64,000 nt of DNA from an uncultured Candidatus Rokubacteria bacterium (GCA_963805625.1 CAWDVE010000019.1:640001-704000), one strand, 5' to 3'. Shown: positions 19,064 to 28,768, counted from the first letter of the stretch. Made by a program: numbers and translations. Notes: a model not told the origin generated them from the letters alone.

Positions 19064-20053
19064 ATGACTCGACTCAAGTTCGGGATCTGCCCCACCGAGG
19101 GCGGCCACTTCTTCGGGGAGGCGCTGGCCGAGGTGGAGCGCGCGGAGGCCCTCGGCCTCGACTCGGTCTGGCTCGCCGAGCATCACGGTGTCCGCGACCA
19201 CTACTGGCCCGCCCCGGTCCAGATGCTGACCGCGCTCGCCGCGCGGACGTCGCGCCTCCTGCTGGGCGCCAACGTGTGCGTCTTTCCCTTCTACCACCCG
19301 GTGCGGCTCGCGGAGGAGACGGCGCTTCTCGACGTCGTCTCGAACGGCCGCGCCGTGCTGGGCGTCGCCATCGGCTACAAGCCCGACGAATTCCTCCTCT
19401 ACGACGCGGCCCTCGAGAAGCGGGGAGCGCGCCTCGAGGAGGGCCTCGCCCTGATGAAGGCCCTCTGGACGCGGGACGGCGTGACGCACCGGGGCGAGCA
19501 CTTCACGGTGGTCGACGGGCGGATCGAGCCCAAGCCCGTCCAGCGGCCGCACCCGCCGGTGTGGGTCGGCGGCTGGGGAGACGTCACGCTCCGGCGCGCG
19601 GCGCTGCTCGCGGACGCCTGGCTGCCGGGTCCCACCGCGGATCTACCGCGCCTGCTCCGGAGCCAGGCCAAGATCCGCGAGCACCGGCGGGTCGCCGGGC
19701 TTCCCGAGCCGGCCGAGTGGCCGGTGACGCGCGAGCTCTGCATCGCCGAGACCGAGCGGGAGGCGCGCGAGCTGGCGGACCGGCACCTCATGCTCGCCTA
19801 CGGCAAGGAGTACGGCGGGACGTGGAAGCACCCGTTCATCGACGCGGCGACCGCGGCCGACCTCGACCGCCTCGCGGTGGACCGCTTCCTGATCGGGACG
19901 CCCGACCGGATCGTGCAGGGGCTCGAGCCCTACGTCCGCCAGTACGGCATGACCCACGTCATCTTCCGGCTCTTCACGCCGGGCATGCCGCATCGCCGGA
20001 TCCTGCGCCAGATCGAGCTCCTGGCGAGGGAGGTCCTGCCCGCGTTTCGCTAG
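19064..20053 (+). CDS. LLM class flavin-dependent oxidoreductase
   Basis: WLAEHH, HPVRLAEE..LLD.VSNGR, PKPVQRPHPPVWVGG. Confidence 0.9.
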   Translation: MTRLKFGICPTEGGHFFGEALAEVERAEALGLDSVWLAEHHGVRDHYWPAPVQMLTALAARTSRLLLGANVCVFPFYHPVRLAEETALLDVVSNGRAVLGVAIGYKPDEFLLYDAALEKRGARLEEGLALMKALWTRDGVTHRGEHFTVVDGRIEPKPVQRPHPPVWVGGWGDVTLRRAALLADAWLPGPTADLPRLLRSQAKIREHRRVAGLPEPAEWPVTRELCIAETEREARELADRHLMLAYGKEYGGTWKHPFIDAATAADLDRLAVDRFLIGTPDRIVQGLEPYVRQYGMTHVIFRLFTPGMPHRRILRQIELLAREVLPAFR

Positions 20054-20220
20054 CCGGGCTCGGGCGCAGCAGGGATCGCCGACGTCACGGCAGGAGTCTA
20101 CCGTCGCACACCCGCCATGGAGAGGCCGGCGATCACGTCTTCATCCCGATGGGGATCGATGAACGACCAGAAGAACTCGTTGAGGGCTCCGCGCCGCGCG
20201 TGGATCCGTGACGGCGGGCC

Positions 20221-20808
20221 TCACGCCCCGTCGATGGGACGCCAGGCGTGCCGCACCTGCCACGAGTCGCGGGAGAAGCGAAAGAAGTTCCCCCCTTCGG
20301 CCCCGGGTTGCTCGCGCCGGCGGCTGATGGGCTCTCCGAGAAGGTGGCAGAGGAGCAACGTCCCGACGGCGCCGTGCGCGACGATCGCGACCGGCGAGGG
20401 AGCGCCTGGCCCGCTCAGGACCTCGGCGACGGCCCGGACGATCCTCGCCTGCGCGTCGCGGGCGCGCTCCCAGCCGCGCACGGATTCGTCCGGGGTCGCG
20501 AAGAAGCGATCTGCCGTCGCTTCGAACTCCGTCTGCGGCAGGTACCCGGTCGACGAGCGGTCGTTTTCTCCGAGCCCCTCGAACGCCCGGGGCCTGACGC
20601 CGGAGGCCGCCGCGAGGAACGCCGCGCTCTCGATCGCTTTGCGCTCCGTGCTGGAGACCACGGCGCGGAGCGTGGCGGCGAGCGGCGTGTTCGCGAACGC
20701 CTTCATACGTTCACGGCCCCGCTCCGAAAGCGACCAATCTGGCACGGGCACGCGCGGGTCGATCGCGACGTTCGGGTGCGTGATGAAGAAGACGTCGGCT
20801 TCGGTCAT
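20221..20808 (-). CDS. histidine phosphatase (PGM-like) family protein
   Basis: FITHP, W.LS.RG, SS.E.KA, VAHGAVG. Confidence 0.8.
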   Translation of the reverse strand: MTEADVFFITHPNVAIDPRVPVPDWSLSERGRERMKAFANTPLAATLRAVVSSTERKAIESAAFLAAASGVRPRAFEGLGENDRSSTGYLPQTEFEATADRFFATPDESVRGWERARDAQARIVRAVAEVLSGPGAPSPVAIVAHGAVGTLLLCHLLGEPISRRREQPGAEGGNFFRFSRDSWQVRHAWRPIDGA

Positions 20809-20913
20809 CGATCCGCCGAGGTCATGACGCGCTTCGCATCATTCGCTGCGAGAACATTCGTCACTGACGGCGAAAGAAAGAACTGAGCGACAATAAGGAG
20901 GGGAGGAGCACCC

Positions 20914-21363
20914 ATGTACGGCTTGATCCTCGCGCTGCTCGCGTTCGTGCTCATCGCGCCGGCTCACGCCCAGGTGCACGTGGACATCGGCATCTATCTA
21001 CCCGCGCCACCCCAGCTGGTGATCGTGCCCCAGGTCCCGACCGTGAGGTACGTGCCGGCTCTGGCCGCGCCCGGCAACCTCTTCTTCTACGGCGGACAAT
21101 ACTGGGCCTTCGCGAGCGGCGGCTGGTACGTCAGCGCGGGGTACAACGGACCGTGGCTGGTCGTCGGGCCGCAGTTCGTGCCTCGACCCATCCTGCTGGT
21201 GCCGGTGCAGTACTACCACGTCCCGCCCGGGCACTGGAAGCAATGGGAGCGCAGGTACCCGCCGCACTGGCAGGAGGACTGGGGCCGGGAGTGGGCCGAC
21301 AAGCGGGGCTGGCACGACGATCGGGGGAAGGGGCGCGGCAAAGGACACGGGAAGGGTCGGTAA
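20914..21363 (+). CDS. secreted Pro/Trp-rich hypothetical protein
   Basis: Strong RBS, signal peptide ending AHA-Q, YNGPW, VPPGHWK, basic GKG tail. Confidence 0.75.
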   Translation: MYGLILALLAFVLIAPAHAQVHVDIGIYLPAPPQLVIVPQVPTVRYVPALAAPGNLFFYGGQYWAFASGGWYVSAGYNGPWLVVGPQFVPRPILLVPVQYYHVPPGHWKQWERRYPPHWQEDWGREWADKRGWHDDRGKGRGKGHGKGR

Positions 21364-21468
21364 CACCGCGCGGCATCACCTGGCGCCCCGCTACTCCCTA
21401 GTCCATGCTGCTGCGGGCGGATCGACTCATTCCGTGAGGGCACATGGAGCCGTACGCGCTCGGAAGGG

Positions 21469-22386
21469 TCACACCAGCTTGCGGCACTCCTCCATCAGCC
21501 CGAGCCAGCGGTCGAGCTTCTGCGCACCCGGCATGAAGGTCGGATCGAAATGCAGCTCGTGGGCACCGATTCGCTTGCACCCCTCGACGTCCTCCTTGAC
21601 CTGCTCGAGCGTCCCGGTGAAGATCATTCCGTCCTTCGGCCGGGGCTTGCGACCGATCTCCACGTTGGCGCGCACGACCAGGTGGAGCTTCGACGGGTCG
21701 CGGCCCGCCTCCTTCGCCATCTGCTTCAACCCCGCGAACATGTTCTGCATCCCGTCCACGGGGATCGCCACGGGGTTCCAGCCGTCGGCCAGCCGCGCGA
21801 TACGTCCCAGCGCCGCCGGGACGAACGCCGCCATGTAGATTGGCGGGTGAGGCTTCTGCACGGGCTTCACTTCGATCACCGATCTGGGCACTGTGTAGAA
21901 CTTGCCCTTGAACTCGGCGGGGTCCGTGGTCCAGATGGCCTTCATCACGGCCAGAAACTCCTCGGCCCTCGCGCCACGCTGCGTCATCGGCACACCCAGG
22001 GCGTCGTGCTCATCCTTCGACCAGCCCAGACCCAGCCCTAGGCGCACGCGCCCGCTGGACAGCACGTCCAGCGTGGTCACGCGGCGGGCCAGCATCACCG
22101 GACTGTAGTAGGGAATGTCGAGCACGCTCGTTCCCAGCGCGATCTTCTTCGTGTGCCCGGCCACGAACGTGAGCGCGTCCAGCGGATCCAGAACGCGCTT
22201 GTACTCCTCCGGCAGCGAGCCGTCCGGCGTCGCTCCATACCGGGTCTGCGGCGCCAGAGGCCACAGTAGCCGTTCCACGGTCCAAAGGCTGTCGTAGGCG
22301 AGCGCCTCCGCGTGCTGTGCGATCTTCACCAGGTTTTCGGCAGTGCCGATGGAACCGATGTTACCGAGCGCGAATCCGACTCGCAT
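21469..22386 (-). CDS. LLM class (putatively F420-dependent) oxidoreductase
   Basis: YDSLWTVERLL, LDP..AL, LGTSV, GLGLGWSKDE, KPVQKPHPPI. Confidence 0.88.
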   Translation of the reverse strand: MRVGFALGNIGSIGTAENLVKIAQHAEALAYDSLWTVERLLWPLAPQTRYGATPDGSLPEEYKRVLDPLDALTFVAGHTKKIALGTSVLDIPYYSPVMLARRVTTLDVLSSGRVRLGLGLGWSKDEHDALGVPMTQRGARAEEFLAVMKAIWTTDPAEFKGKFYTVPRSVIEVKPVQKPHPPIYMAAFVPAALGRIARLADGWNPVAIPVDGMQNMFAGLKQMAKEAGRDPSKLHLVVRANVEIGRKPRPKDGMIFTGTLEQVKEDVEGCKRIGAHELHFDPTFMPGAQKLDRWLGLMEECRKLV

Positions 22387-22497
22387 CGTTGGCTCCCTCC
22401 GTGCGGGACGTGGATGGCACCCGCTGGCCGCCCACCCGCACTGCCTTTACAATAGCGCTATCTTCTTCCGCCAACACGAACTGCGAAGGAGTATCCC

Positions 22498-22704
22498 ATG
22501 ACCAGCGTCTCCCCGCTCGGTTACATCGGCATCGGCACCAGCGACGACACGGCCTGGAAGGACCTCGCCACTGATATCCTCGGCATGCAGGGCCCCCGAG
22601 GGGAAGTAGAGGGTCCCAATCGTCATTCCGGTCGAGCGCGTGATGGAAGCCGCGGCCAAACTGTCCACGCAGCTCGGGTACCGGGAATCGCCCGCATGAG
22701 ATGA
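22498..22704 (+). pseudogene. extradiol dioxygenase (BphC/HsaC-like VOC) N-terminal remnant
   Basis: RBS AAGGAG followed by MTSVSPLGYIGIGTSDDTAWKDLATDILGMQ. Similarity stops after about 31 aa. Confidence 0.6.
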
Positions 22705-22715
22705 AAGGAGCCACG

Positions 22716-23603
22716 ATGGACGAGCGCATTCACGGGATCGTCCCCCCGATGATCACGCCGTTCCGGGCCGACGACAGCATCGACGAGGAGGCGCTCCGGG
22801 CGGAGACCCGTTACTTGATCGAGACCGCACGGGTCCACGGCGTGGCCGTCACCGGGAGCACCGGCGAGGGTCATGCCATGACGACCACCGAGGTCCGGCG
22901 CGTCACCGAGGTCGTGGTCGCGGAGGCGCGGGGGCGGGTGCCGGTGATCACCGGGATCATCACGGACAGCACGTCCTCGGCCATCGAGCGCGGGAAGGCC
23001 GTCCGTGACCTGGGCGTGGCGGCCCTGCAGGTCACCCCGGTCCACTACCTCTTCCGGCCGGACGACGACGCCATGGTCCGGCACTTCGAGGCGCTGGCCC
23101 GGGGGACCGGTCTGCCCATCATCATCTACAACGTGGTCCCGTGGACCTACCTCTCCCCGCAGCTGCTGGCGCGGATCCTGACGTCGGTCGACGGCGTGAT
23201 CGGCGTGAAGCAGAGCGCGGGGGACATGAAGCTGCTGGCCGACCTGCTCCTCCTCGTCGGGAACCGGGCCCGGATCATGACGGCCGTGGACGCGCTTCTC
23301 TATCCGTCGTTTACGCTCGGCGCCCACGGCGCGATCGCGGCGATCCTGACCGCGGTGCCCCGGCTCTGCGTCCAGCTGTGGGACGCCGTGCAGGCCGGGG
23401 ACCACAAGCAGGCGCTCGCGCTCCACGAGAAGCTCCTGCCGGTGTGGAACGCGATCGCCCAGGACAACCTTCCCGCGAACGTGAAGTACTGCCTCGCGCT
23501 CCAGGGCCGGCCGGGGGGCGTGCCGCGCGCCCCGATGCCGGAGACGTCGAAGACCCAGGCGGGCCCGATCCGGCAGGCCCTCACTCACGCCGGCGCGCTC
23601 TAG
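22716..23603 (+). CDS. DHDPS/DapA family aldolase
   Basis: TPF, GSTGEG, IYNV, GVKQS, PRAP. RBS AAGGAG. Confidence 0.9.
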   Translation: MDERIHGIVPPMITPFRADDSIDEEALRAETRYLIETARVHGVAVTGSTGEGHAMTTTEVRRVTEVVVAEARGRVPVITGIITDSTSSAIERGKAVRDLGVAALQVTPVHYLFRPDDDAMVRHFEALARGTGLPIIIYNVVPWTYLSPQLLARILTSVDGVIGVKQSAGDMKLLADLLLLVGNRARIMTAVDALLYPSFTLGAHGAIAAILTAVPRLCVQLWDAVQAGDHKQALALHEKLLPVWNAIAQDNLPANVKYCLALQGRPGGVPRAPMPETSKTQAGPIRQALTHAGAL

Positions 23604-23649
23604 CTCCAGCCGGCGCTCCTGCGAGCGCCGTGCGGACAAGGAGGATCTC

Positions 23650-24627
23650 ATGCGGCGCAGCATGGTGCAGCTGTTCTGGATCGTGGCGGCCATCGGCTTG
23701 GCCGTCGGGCTCACACACGGTACGGCGGCGGCCTTTCCGGACAAGGACATCACTCTCGTGGTGCCATGGGCCGCGGGCGGCGGGACCGACACGCTGGCGC
23801 GCACGCTCGTGAAGAACGCCAAGAAGTATCTCGGGGTCAACGTCACGGTGGTCAACCGGGTCGGGGGGAACGGCGTCGTCGGGATGAGCTCCGTGGCCAC
23901 CGCCAAGCCGGACGGCTACACGGTCGGCGTCATCACGTTCCACCTGAGCGCCTATCGGCTCATGGGCCTCGCGGATCTCTCGTACCGAGACTTCGACCTC
24001 ATCGCCCTGCTCAACCGGAGCCAGGCCGGCCTGTCGGTCAGGGCCGACTCCCAGTTCAAGACCCTGAAGGACCTCGTGGAGTTCGCCAAGGCGAACCCCG
24101 GCGTGGTCACGGTAGGCCACTCGGGGCCCGGCGGCTCCTGGCATCTCGCGGCGGCCGACCTTGCCAAGAAGCACGAGCTGAAGTTCGCCTTCGTGCCCTT
24201 CGACGGGGCGGCGCCGACCCGGACCGCCCTGGTCGGCGGCCACGTGAGCGTCGCCGCCACGGGGATGGACGAGGTGCTCCAGTTCTACCAGACGAAGCAG
24301 GTCCGCATCCTGGCCGCGGTCAGCCCCACGCGGCATCCCGCCTTCCCGGACGTGCCCACGATGGCCGAGGCCGGGTTCCCCGTGGAGAATCCGATCTTCG
24401 ACTGGCGCGGTCTGGGCGCCCCCAAGGGCACGCCGCCGGACGTCCTGAAGACGCTCCGCGAGGGATTCCGGCAGGCCGCCGAGGACCCGGAGTACATCGC
24501 CCTGCTCGAGAAGCTGGCCTTGCCGCGCGCGTACCTCGACCACGAGAGGTTCCAGGAGTTCCTGGCCGGCATGGAGCGGACCATGGAGCCCACGCTGGAG
24601 ATGGTCGGGCTCCTCAAGAAGAAGTAG
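23650..24627 (+). CDS. tctC: tripartite tricarboxylate transporter substrate-binding protein (TctC/Bug)
   Basis: VPWAAGGGTD, PDGYT, VPFDGAA, PDVPT, APKGTP. Confidence 0.92.
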   Translation: MRRSMVQLFWIVAAIGLAVGLTHGTAAAFPDKDITLVVPWAAGGGTDTLARTLVKNAKKYLGVNVTVVNRVGGNGVVGMSSVATAKPDGYTVGVITFHLSAYRLMGLADLSYRDFDLIALLNRSQAGLSVRADSQFKTLKDLVEFAKANPGVVTVGHSGPGGSWHLAAADLAKKHELKFAFVPFDGAAPTRTALVGGHVSVAATGMDEVLQFYQTKQVRILAAVSPTRHPAFPDVPTMAEAGFPVENPIFDWRGLGAPKGTPPDVLKTLREGFRQAAEDPEYIALLEKLALPRAYLDHERFQEFLAGMERTMEPTLEMVGLLKKK

Positions 24628-24706
24628 GACTCCGCGCAAGGCGTGCCGCGTGTCGGGGGTGTGCGCACCCGCCGGCGCGCGGCACGGGCTCCGGATCGGA
24701 GAGCGC

Positions 24707-25183
24707 ATGCCGCCCGTGTCCATGAAGCCCGTGTCCATGAGGAAGGTCGACATCCTTGCCGCGCTGATCCTCGTGCCGGTCTGCCTCTACGTCTTCTACG
24801 AGTCCGGCCGATGGCCCATTCCTCCGGACATGGGGAACCCGGCCTGGATCCCGCGCGGGGTCGCCGCCTGTCTCCTGGGGGCGGCCGGCCTGCTGCTCGT
24901 GCGGGCCTGGCAGGGTCGCTCGCTGACACTGCCGGCTCGACTGGCTGGACCGGACCGGGCCCGGGTCCTGTGGGCGGTGATCCTGACGAGCGCCTACGTG
25001 ATCCTGATCGAGCGAGTCGGATTCATCGCGACCACCGCGCCCTACCTCTTCGGCTTCGGCGCGGCGCTGGGCGAGCGGCGGTGGGCACGGCTCGCGATCT
25101 TCGCCCTGGTCGTGCCGGTGGCCATCTACCTGCTCTTCGACGCCGCCCTCCACGTCCCCCTGCCGCGCGGCCTGCTCCGGTGA
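24707..25183 (+). CDS. tctB: TTT small membrane subunit
   Basis: Four TM segments ending LHVPLPRGL. Start uncertain (24707/24722/24737). Confidence 0.82.
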   Translation: MPPVSMKPVSMRKVDILAALILVPVCLYVFYESGRWPIPPDMGNPAWIPRGVAACLLGAAGLLLVRAWQGRSLTLPARLAGPDRARVLWAVILTSAYVILIERVGFIATTAPYLFGFGAALGERRWARLAIFALVVPVAIYLLFDAALHVPLPRGLLR

Positions 25184-25202
25184 CGGGACCCTCGACCCAC
25201 CA

Positions 25203-26714
25203 GTGATCGATCTTGCGCTGCTGTTCCAGGGGTTCGGGACGGTCCTGTCCGGCTACACGGCCGTCGCGCTGATCCTCGGCTCGTTCTTCGGCATCATCAT
25301 CGGCGCGATCCCCGGTCTCACGGCCACGATGGGGATCGCGCTCCTCGTGCCGTTCACCTTCGGGATGACCCCGATCACCGGCATCGTCATGCTCCTCGGG
25401 ATCTACACCGGGGCCATCTACGGCGGCGGGATCGCGTCGATCCTGATCAAGACCCCCGGCACCCCCGCTGCGATGGCCACCGTGTTCGACGGTTACCCCA
25501 TGGCCCAGCAGGGGCTCGCCGGCAAGGCCATCGGGATCGCCACCGTCTCCTCGGGGGTGGGTGGCACCTTCACCGCCCTCTGCCTCGCGTTCTTCGCACC
25601 GATCCTGGCGAACGTCGCCCTGCGCTTCTCGGCCCCCGAGTACTTCGCCCTGGCCGTCTTCGGCCTGTCGGTGACCATCACGCTGTCGGGCCGCTCGCCG
25701 GTCAAGGGCGTCATCTCCGGCGCTCTCGGCTTGCTCCTGGCCATGGTGGGCCTGGATCCCATGGGCGGGTTTCCGCGATTCACGCTCGGCCTCGTGGAGC
25801 TCAGCGGCGGCCTCTCCTTCGTGCCCATGCTCATCGGCCTGTTCGCGCTCTCCGAGGGCTTCCGCCAGGTCGAGACGATCATGACGGCCCCCAAGGTGAC
25901 GGCGGTGATCCGGAACATCCTGCCGGACCTCAAGGACCTCAAGGCCTGTCTCCCCGCCTACCTCCGGGCGTGTCCGATCGGTCTCTTGGTCGGGATCACG
26001 CCGGCGATCGGCGCCGACACGGCGGCCTTTCTCAGCTACGCGGAGACCAAGCGCGCCTCCAAGCACCCCGAGCGGTTCGGCACCGGGGTGCCCGAGGGCG
26101 TCGCCGCCGCGCAGTGCGGGGAGAACGCCAGCACCGGCGGGGACGTCCTGCCCATGATCACGCTCGGCATTCCCGGCGACGCGGCGACGGCGGTCCTGAT
26201 GGGGGCGCTCACCATCCACAACCTGCAGCCCGGTCCCATGCTGTTCCAGAGTCATCCGGACGTCGTGCACCAGATCTTCGCCGGCATGATCCTGGCCAAC
26301 CTCACGTTCGTCGTCCTGGGCCTGGCCTTCGCCCGGTTCTTCGCCCAGGTCATCGACATCGGCCGGACGTACCTCGTGCCGCTGGTCTTCATCTGCTGCA
26401 TGGTGGGCGCCTACGCCATCAATAACGTGTTCTACGACCTCGTGACCTGCGTGGTCTTCGGGTTCATCGGCTACTTGATGCTCCGGTATGACTTCCCGGT
26501 GGCGCCGATGGTCCTGGCCCAGATCCTCGGCGGCATGATGGAGTCGAACTTCCGCCGCGCCCTGGCGATGTCCCGGGGCGACCCGGCGATCTTCCTGACG
26601 CGCCCGATCACGGTGGGCATCCTGGCGCTGGCCGCGTTCACTGCCATCGTCGCAGTGCGCCGGCAGCGCGAGGCGCTGCGGCAGGTGCCGGCCGCGGCCG
26701 GGATGGAGGGCTGA
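25203..26714 (+). CDS. tctA: TTT large membrane subunit
   Basis: GAIPGL, YGG.IASIL..PGTP, TVFDGYPM, ITLGIPG. Confidence 0.93.
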   Translation: MIDLALLFQGFGTVLSGYTAVALILGSFFGIIIGAIPGLTATMGIALLVPFTFGMTPITGIVMLLGIYTGAIYGGGIASILIKTPGTPAAMATVFDGYPMAQQGLAGKAIGIATVSSGVGGTFTALCLAFFAPILANVALRFSAPEYFALAVFGLSVTITLSGRSPVKGVISGALGLLLAMVGLDPMGGFPRFTLGLVELSGGLSFVPMLIGLFALSEGFRQVETIMTAPKVTAVIRNILPDLKDLKACLPAYLRACPIGLLVGITPAIGADTAAFLSYAETKRASKHPERFGTGVPEGVAAAQCGENASTGGDVLPMITLGIPGDAATAVLMGALTIHNLQPGPMLFQSHPDVVHQIFAGMILANLTFVVLGLAFARFFAQVIDIGRTYLVPLVFICCMVGAYAINNVFYDLVTCVVFGFIGYLMLRYDFPVAPMVLAQILGGMMESNFRRALAMSRGDPAIFLTRPITVGILALAAFTAIVAVRRQREALRQVPAAAGMEG

Positions 26715-26716
26715 CG

Positions 26717-26860
26717 ATGGTCATCGACTGTCACGCGCCAACTCCTGGACGATCACGGCAGCGACGCCCAGCTCATCTCGCCGCGCCCCCCTAACCCGAT
26801 GCACGGCGAGCGACCGGCGAAGCTCATCCACTGGGTCGCGGAGGCCTGCCACGAGTCGAC
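26717..26860 (+). pseudogene. decayed amidohydrolase-2 (LigJ-like) 5' remnant
   Basis: MVIDCHA at 26717, then in a shifted frame QLLDDHGSDAQLISPRP..MHGERPAKLIHWVAEACHE. Confidence 0.55.
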
Positions 26861-26936
26861 GGGAAGAGCCCGCCCCTGTCCACGGATGCTGTGTTGTATT
26901 GACGGGCTGCCATCCTGGTAGCACCATGGGCGGGCG

Positions 26937-27281
26937 ATGACGCCTCGTTCGACAGCCTACCTGTTCGTGCGATTCGGCCTCGGCCATGCACCCGAGGACC
27001 TTCAACTCCGGGTGACCGGGAACTTCCTCACGCTCCTCGATGGAGCTGAAGAGCGCCCGTCGGCTCTCCTTTTCTACACCGACGGCGTGAGGCTCGTCTG
27101 CGAGGGCTCGCCGGTCCTCGACCAGCTGCGCGGGCTCGAGTCGCGAGGAGCGGAGGTCATCAGCTGCCGGACCTGCCTCGAGTACTTCGGCCTCACGAGC
27201 AAGGTGCGGGTCGGGACGGTCGGAGGCATGCCGGCGATCCTGGATGCCATGGCGCGAGCCGGCAAAGTTGTGACCCTCTGA
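26937..27281 (+). CDS. DsrE/YedF-like sulfurtransferase family protein
   Basis: FYTDGVRL, SCRTCLEYFGL, VGTVGGM. Confidence 0.8.
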   Translation: MTPRSTAYLFVRFGLGHAPEDLQLRVTGNFLTLLDGAEERPSALLFYTDGVRLVCEGSPVLDQLRGLESRGAEVISCRTCLEYFGLTSKVRVGTVGGMPAILDAMARAGKVVTL

Positions 27282-27344
27282 CGCGTCACGATGCTGCCCG
27301 GACGCTCGGGAGCCCGGTCGCCGTTCCGCTGGCAGGAGGCATCC

Positions 27345-27977
27345 ATGCGAAGTGATGGCATCAGGATGTTCGCCGTCTCGCTGACAGTGACGGTCGCCCT
27401 GCTCGGTGGACGCGGGAACAGCGACGCGCAGACGCCCCCTCTGCCTCCGGGGCATCCGCCCCTCGGCGGCTCCGGCGGTCAGCGCGGACTTCCCGGGCCG
27501 CCTCCGGACAGCGGAGGCGCTGGCCTCACCTGGAAGTCCCCGGCCGGCTGGACGGAAGAGAGGCCCTCGTCCTTCATGCGCCGCGCTCAGTACCGTATCC
27601 CGGGCCCGGGCGGTCCCGCGGAACTCGTCGTCTTCTATTTCGGCCCCGGACAGGGCGGCGACGCCCAGGCCAACGCGGCCCGCTGGGCCGCTCAGTTTCA
27701 TCGACCCGATGGCCGTCCCGCGGGGGACGCCGCCAAGACTCGCGAGGTCAAGGTCGGTGGCGTCCCCGTGATGCTCGTGGAGGTCACGGGCACGTACGTC
27801 GGCGGAATGGGCAGCGGGCCGAGCGGGGCCGAGCGGCCGAACTACATGCTCCTGGGCGCCATCGCGCAGGGCCCGGATGCCAACTGGTTCTTCCGCGCGA
27901 CAGGGCCCCGTGCGACGCTCGAGGCCCAGCGGGCCGCCTTCGACGAGCTCATTCGCTCGATTCGACCTCGCCACTAG
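27345..27977 (+). CDS. exported hypothetical protein
   Basis: Signal-like N-terminus, LPPGHPP, P.GW...SFMR.AQY, GG..AN..RW..QF, WFFR.TGP. Confidence 0.7.
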   Translation: MRSDGIRMFAVSLTVTVALLGGRGNSDAQTPPLPPGHPPLGGSGGQRGLPGPPPDSGGAGLTWKSPAGWTEERPSSFMRRAQYRIPGPGGPAELVVFYFGPGQGGDAQANAARWAAQFHRPDGRPAGDAAKTREVKVGGVPVMLVEVTGTYVGGMGSGPSGAERPNYMLLGAIAQGPDANWFFRATGPRATLEAQRAAFDELIRSIRPRH

Positions 27978-28012
27978 TCACGGCCTGATCCCACTGAGGA
28001 CGTGGCGGTCAG

Positions 28013-28282
28013 TCAGCGCGCGCGGTAGACGTCGCCCCGATGGCCCATCTTGATCACGAGGACGAGAAGCTCGTCATCGTGCACGACGTAGATGACGCGC
28101 CAGTCCCCGACCCGGATACGCATCTCGCCCTCGCCGCCCTTGAGCCTCTCGGCCCCCGGTGGCTGCGGGTCGGTGCCGAGCGCCTCGATCCGCCGGGCGA
28201 TGCGGCGCCTTATCGGGGGGTCGAGAGACGCGAGCTGTCGCCGAGCTGCGGGCGTGAAGGCGATCCGGGAGGCCGGCACCAT
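28013..28282 (-). CDS. relE: RelE/ParE family toxin
   Basis: L..DP.P.GA.RLKG, RIRVGDWRVIY, GHRGDVYR. Confidence 0.9.
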   Translation of the reverse strand: MVPASRIAFTPAARRQLASLDPPIRRRIARRIEALGTDPQPPGAERLKGGEGEMRIRVGDWRVIYVVHDDELLVLVIKMGHRGDVYRAR

Positions 28283-28283
28283 G

Positions 28284-28631
28284 TTACAGCCCGAGTTCGC
28301 GCTTCACCGTCTCCCAGGGGATGAACTTGCCGTGCGCCTCGGCCAGGGCCTTGCGTGCGGCTTCCAGGTCGATCCGGTCCTCGAGGTCACGGATGAGGGC
28401 CAAGTCATCGACGGACACGAGGGCCGCCACGGGACGCCCGTGCCTCTGGATCACGATCCGCTCCCCGCGGTAGCTGACGCGGTTCACGGATTCGCTGAGG
28501 CGCGCCCGCGCCTGGGTGAGGTCAAGAGCTGGACTAGGCTCTCCCGTGCCCCGGGCGGCCATCGGCAGCGCCATGGCGGCGGCCTTCTGGGGCCGCGCGC
28601 GGTCTCGCGGGGTCTTTCGCTTGGCTGACAT
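28284..28631 (-). CDS. Phd/YefM family antitoxin
   Basis: ARARLSESVNRV...GERIVIQRHGRPVAALVS, IPWETVKRELGL. RBS GAGGAGG. Confidence 0.85.
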   Translation of the reverse strand: MSAKRKTPRDRARPQKAAAMALPMAARGTGEPSPALDLTQARARLSESVNRVSYRGERIVIQRHGRPVAALVSVDDLALIRDLEDRIDLEAARKALAEAHGKFIPWETVKRELGL

Positions 28632-28650
28632 GGGCACCTCCTCGGAGCAC

Positions 28651-28688
28651 ACCATCGGCCAAAATGTACAGAATGTCAACCCTGTACA
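28651..28688 (-). promoter_or_regulatory. TA promoter/operator
   Basis: TTGACA-17-GATGGT, with TGTACA palindromes at 28665-28670 and 28683-28688 flanking the -35. Confidence 0.55.
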
Positions 28689-28768
28689 GTTCATGTCTCG
28701 GAGACAGGCGTCCCCGCGTGCGGGGGCGGGCCTGACCCCTGGCCGACCCTGAACGAATCCGGGCCCAG

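Noticed and set aside
20098-20211. Minus-strand peptide RIHARRGALNEFFWSFIDPHRDEDVIAGLSMAGVRR*, possibly another gene 3' remnant
   Set aside because: Too short to assign to a family with confidence.
24712-24740. 14-bp tandem duplication GCCCGTGTCCATGA at the tctB start
   Set aside because: It only creates alternative in-frame starts; there is no evidence of function.
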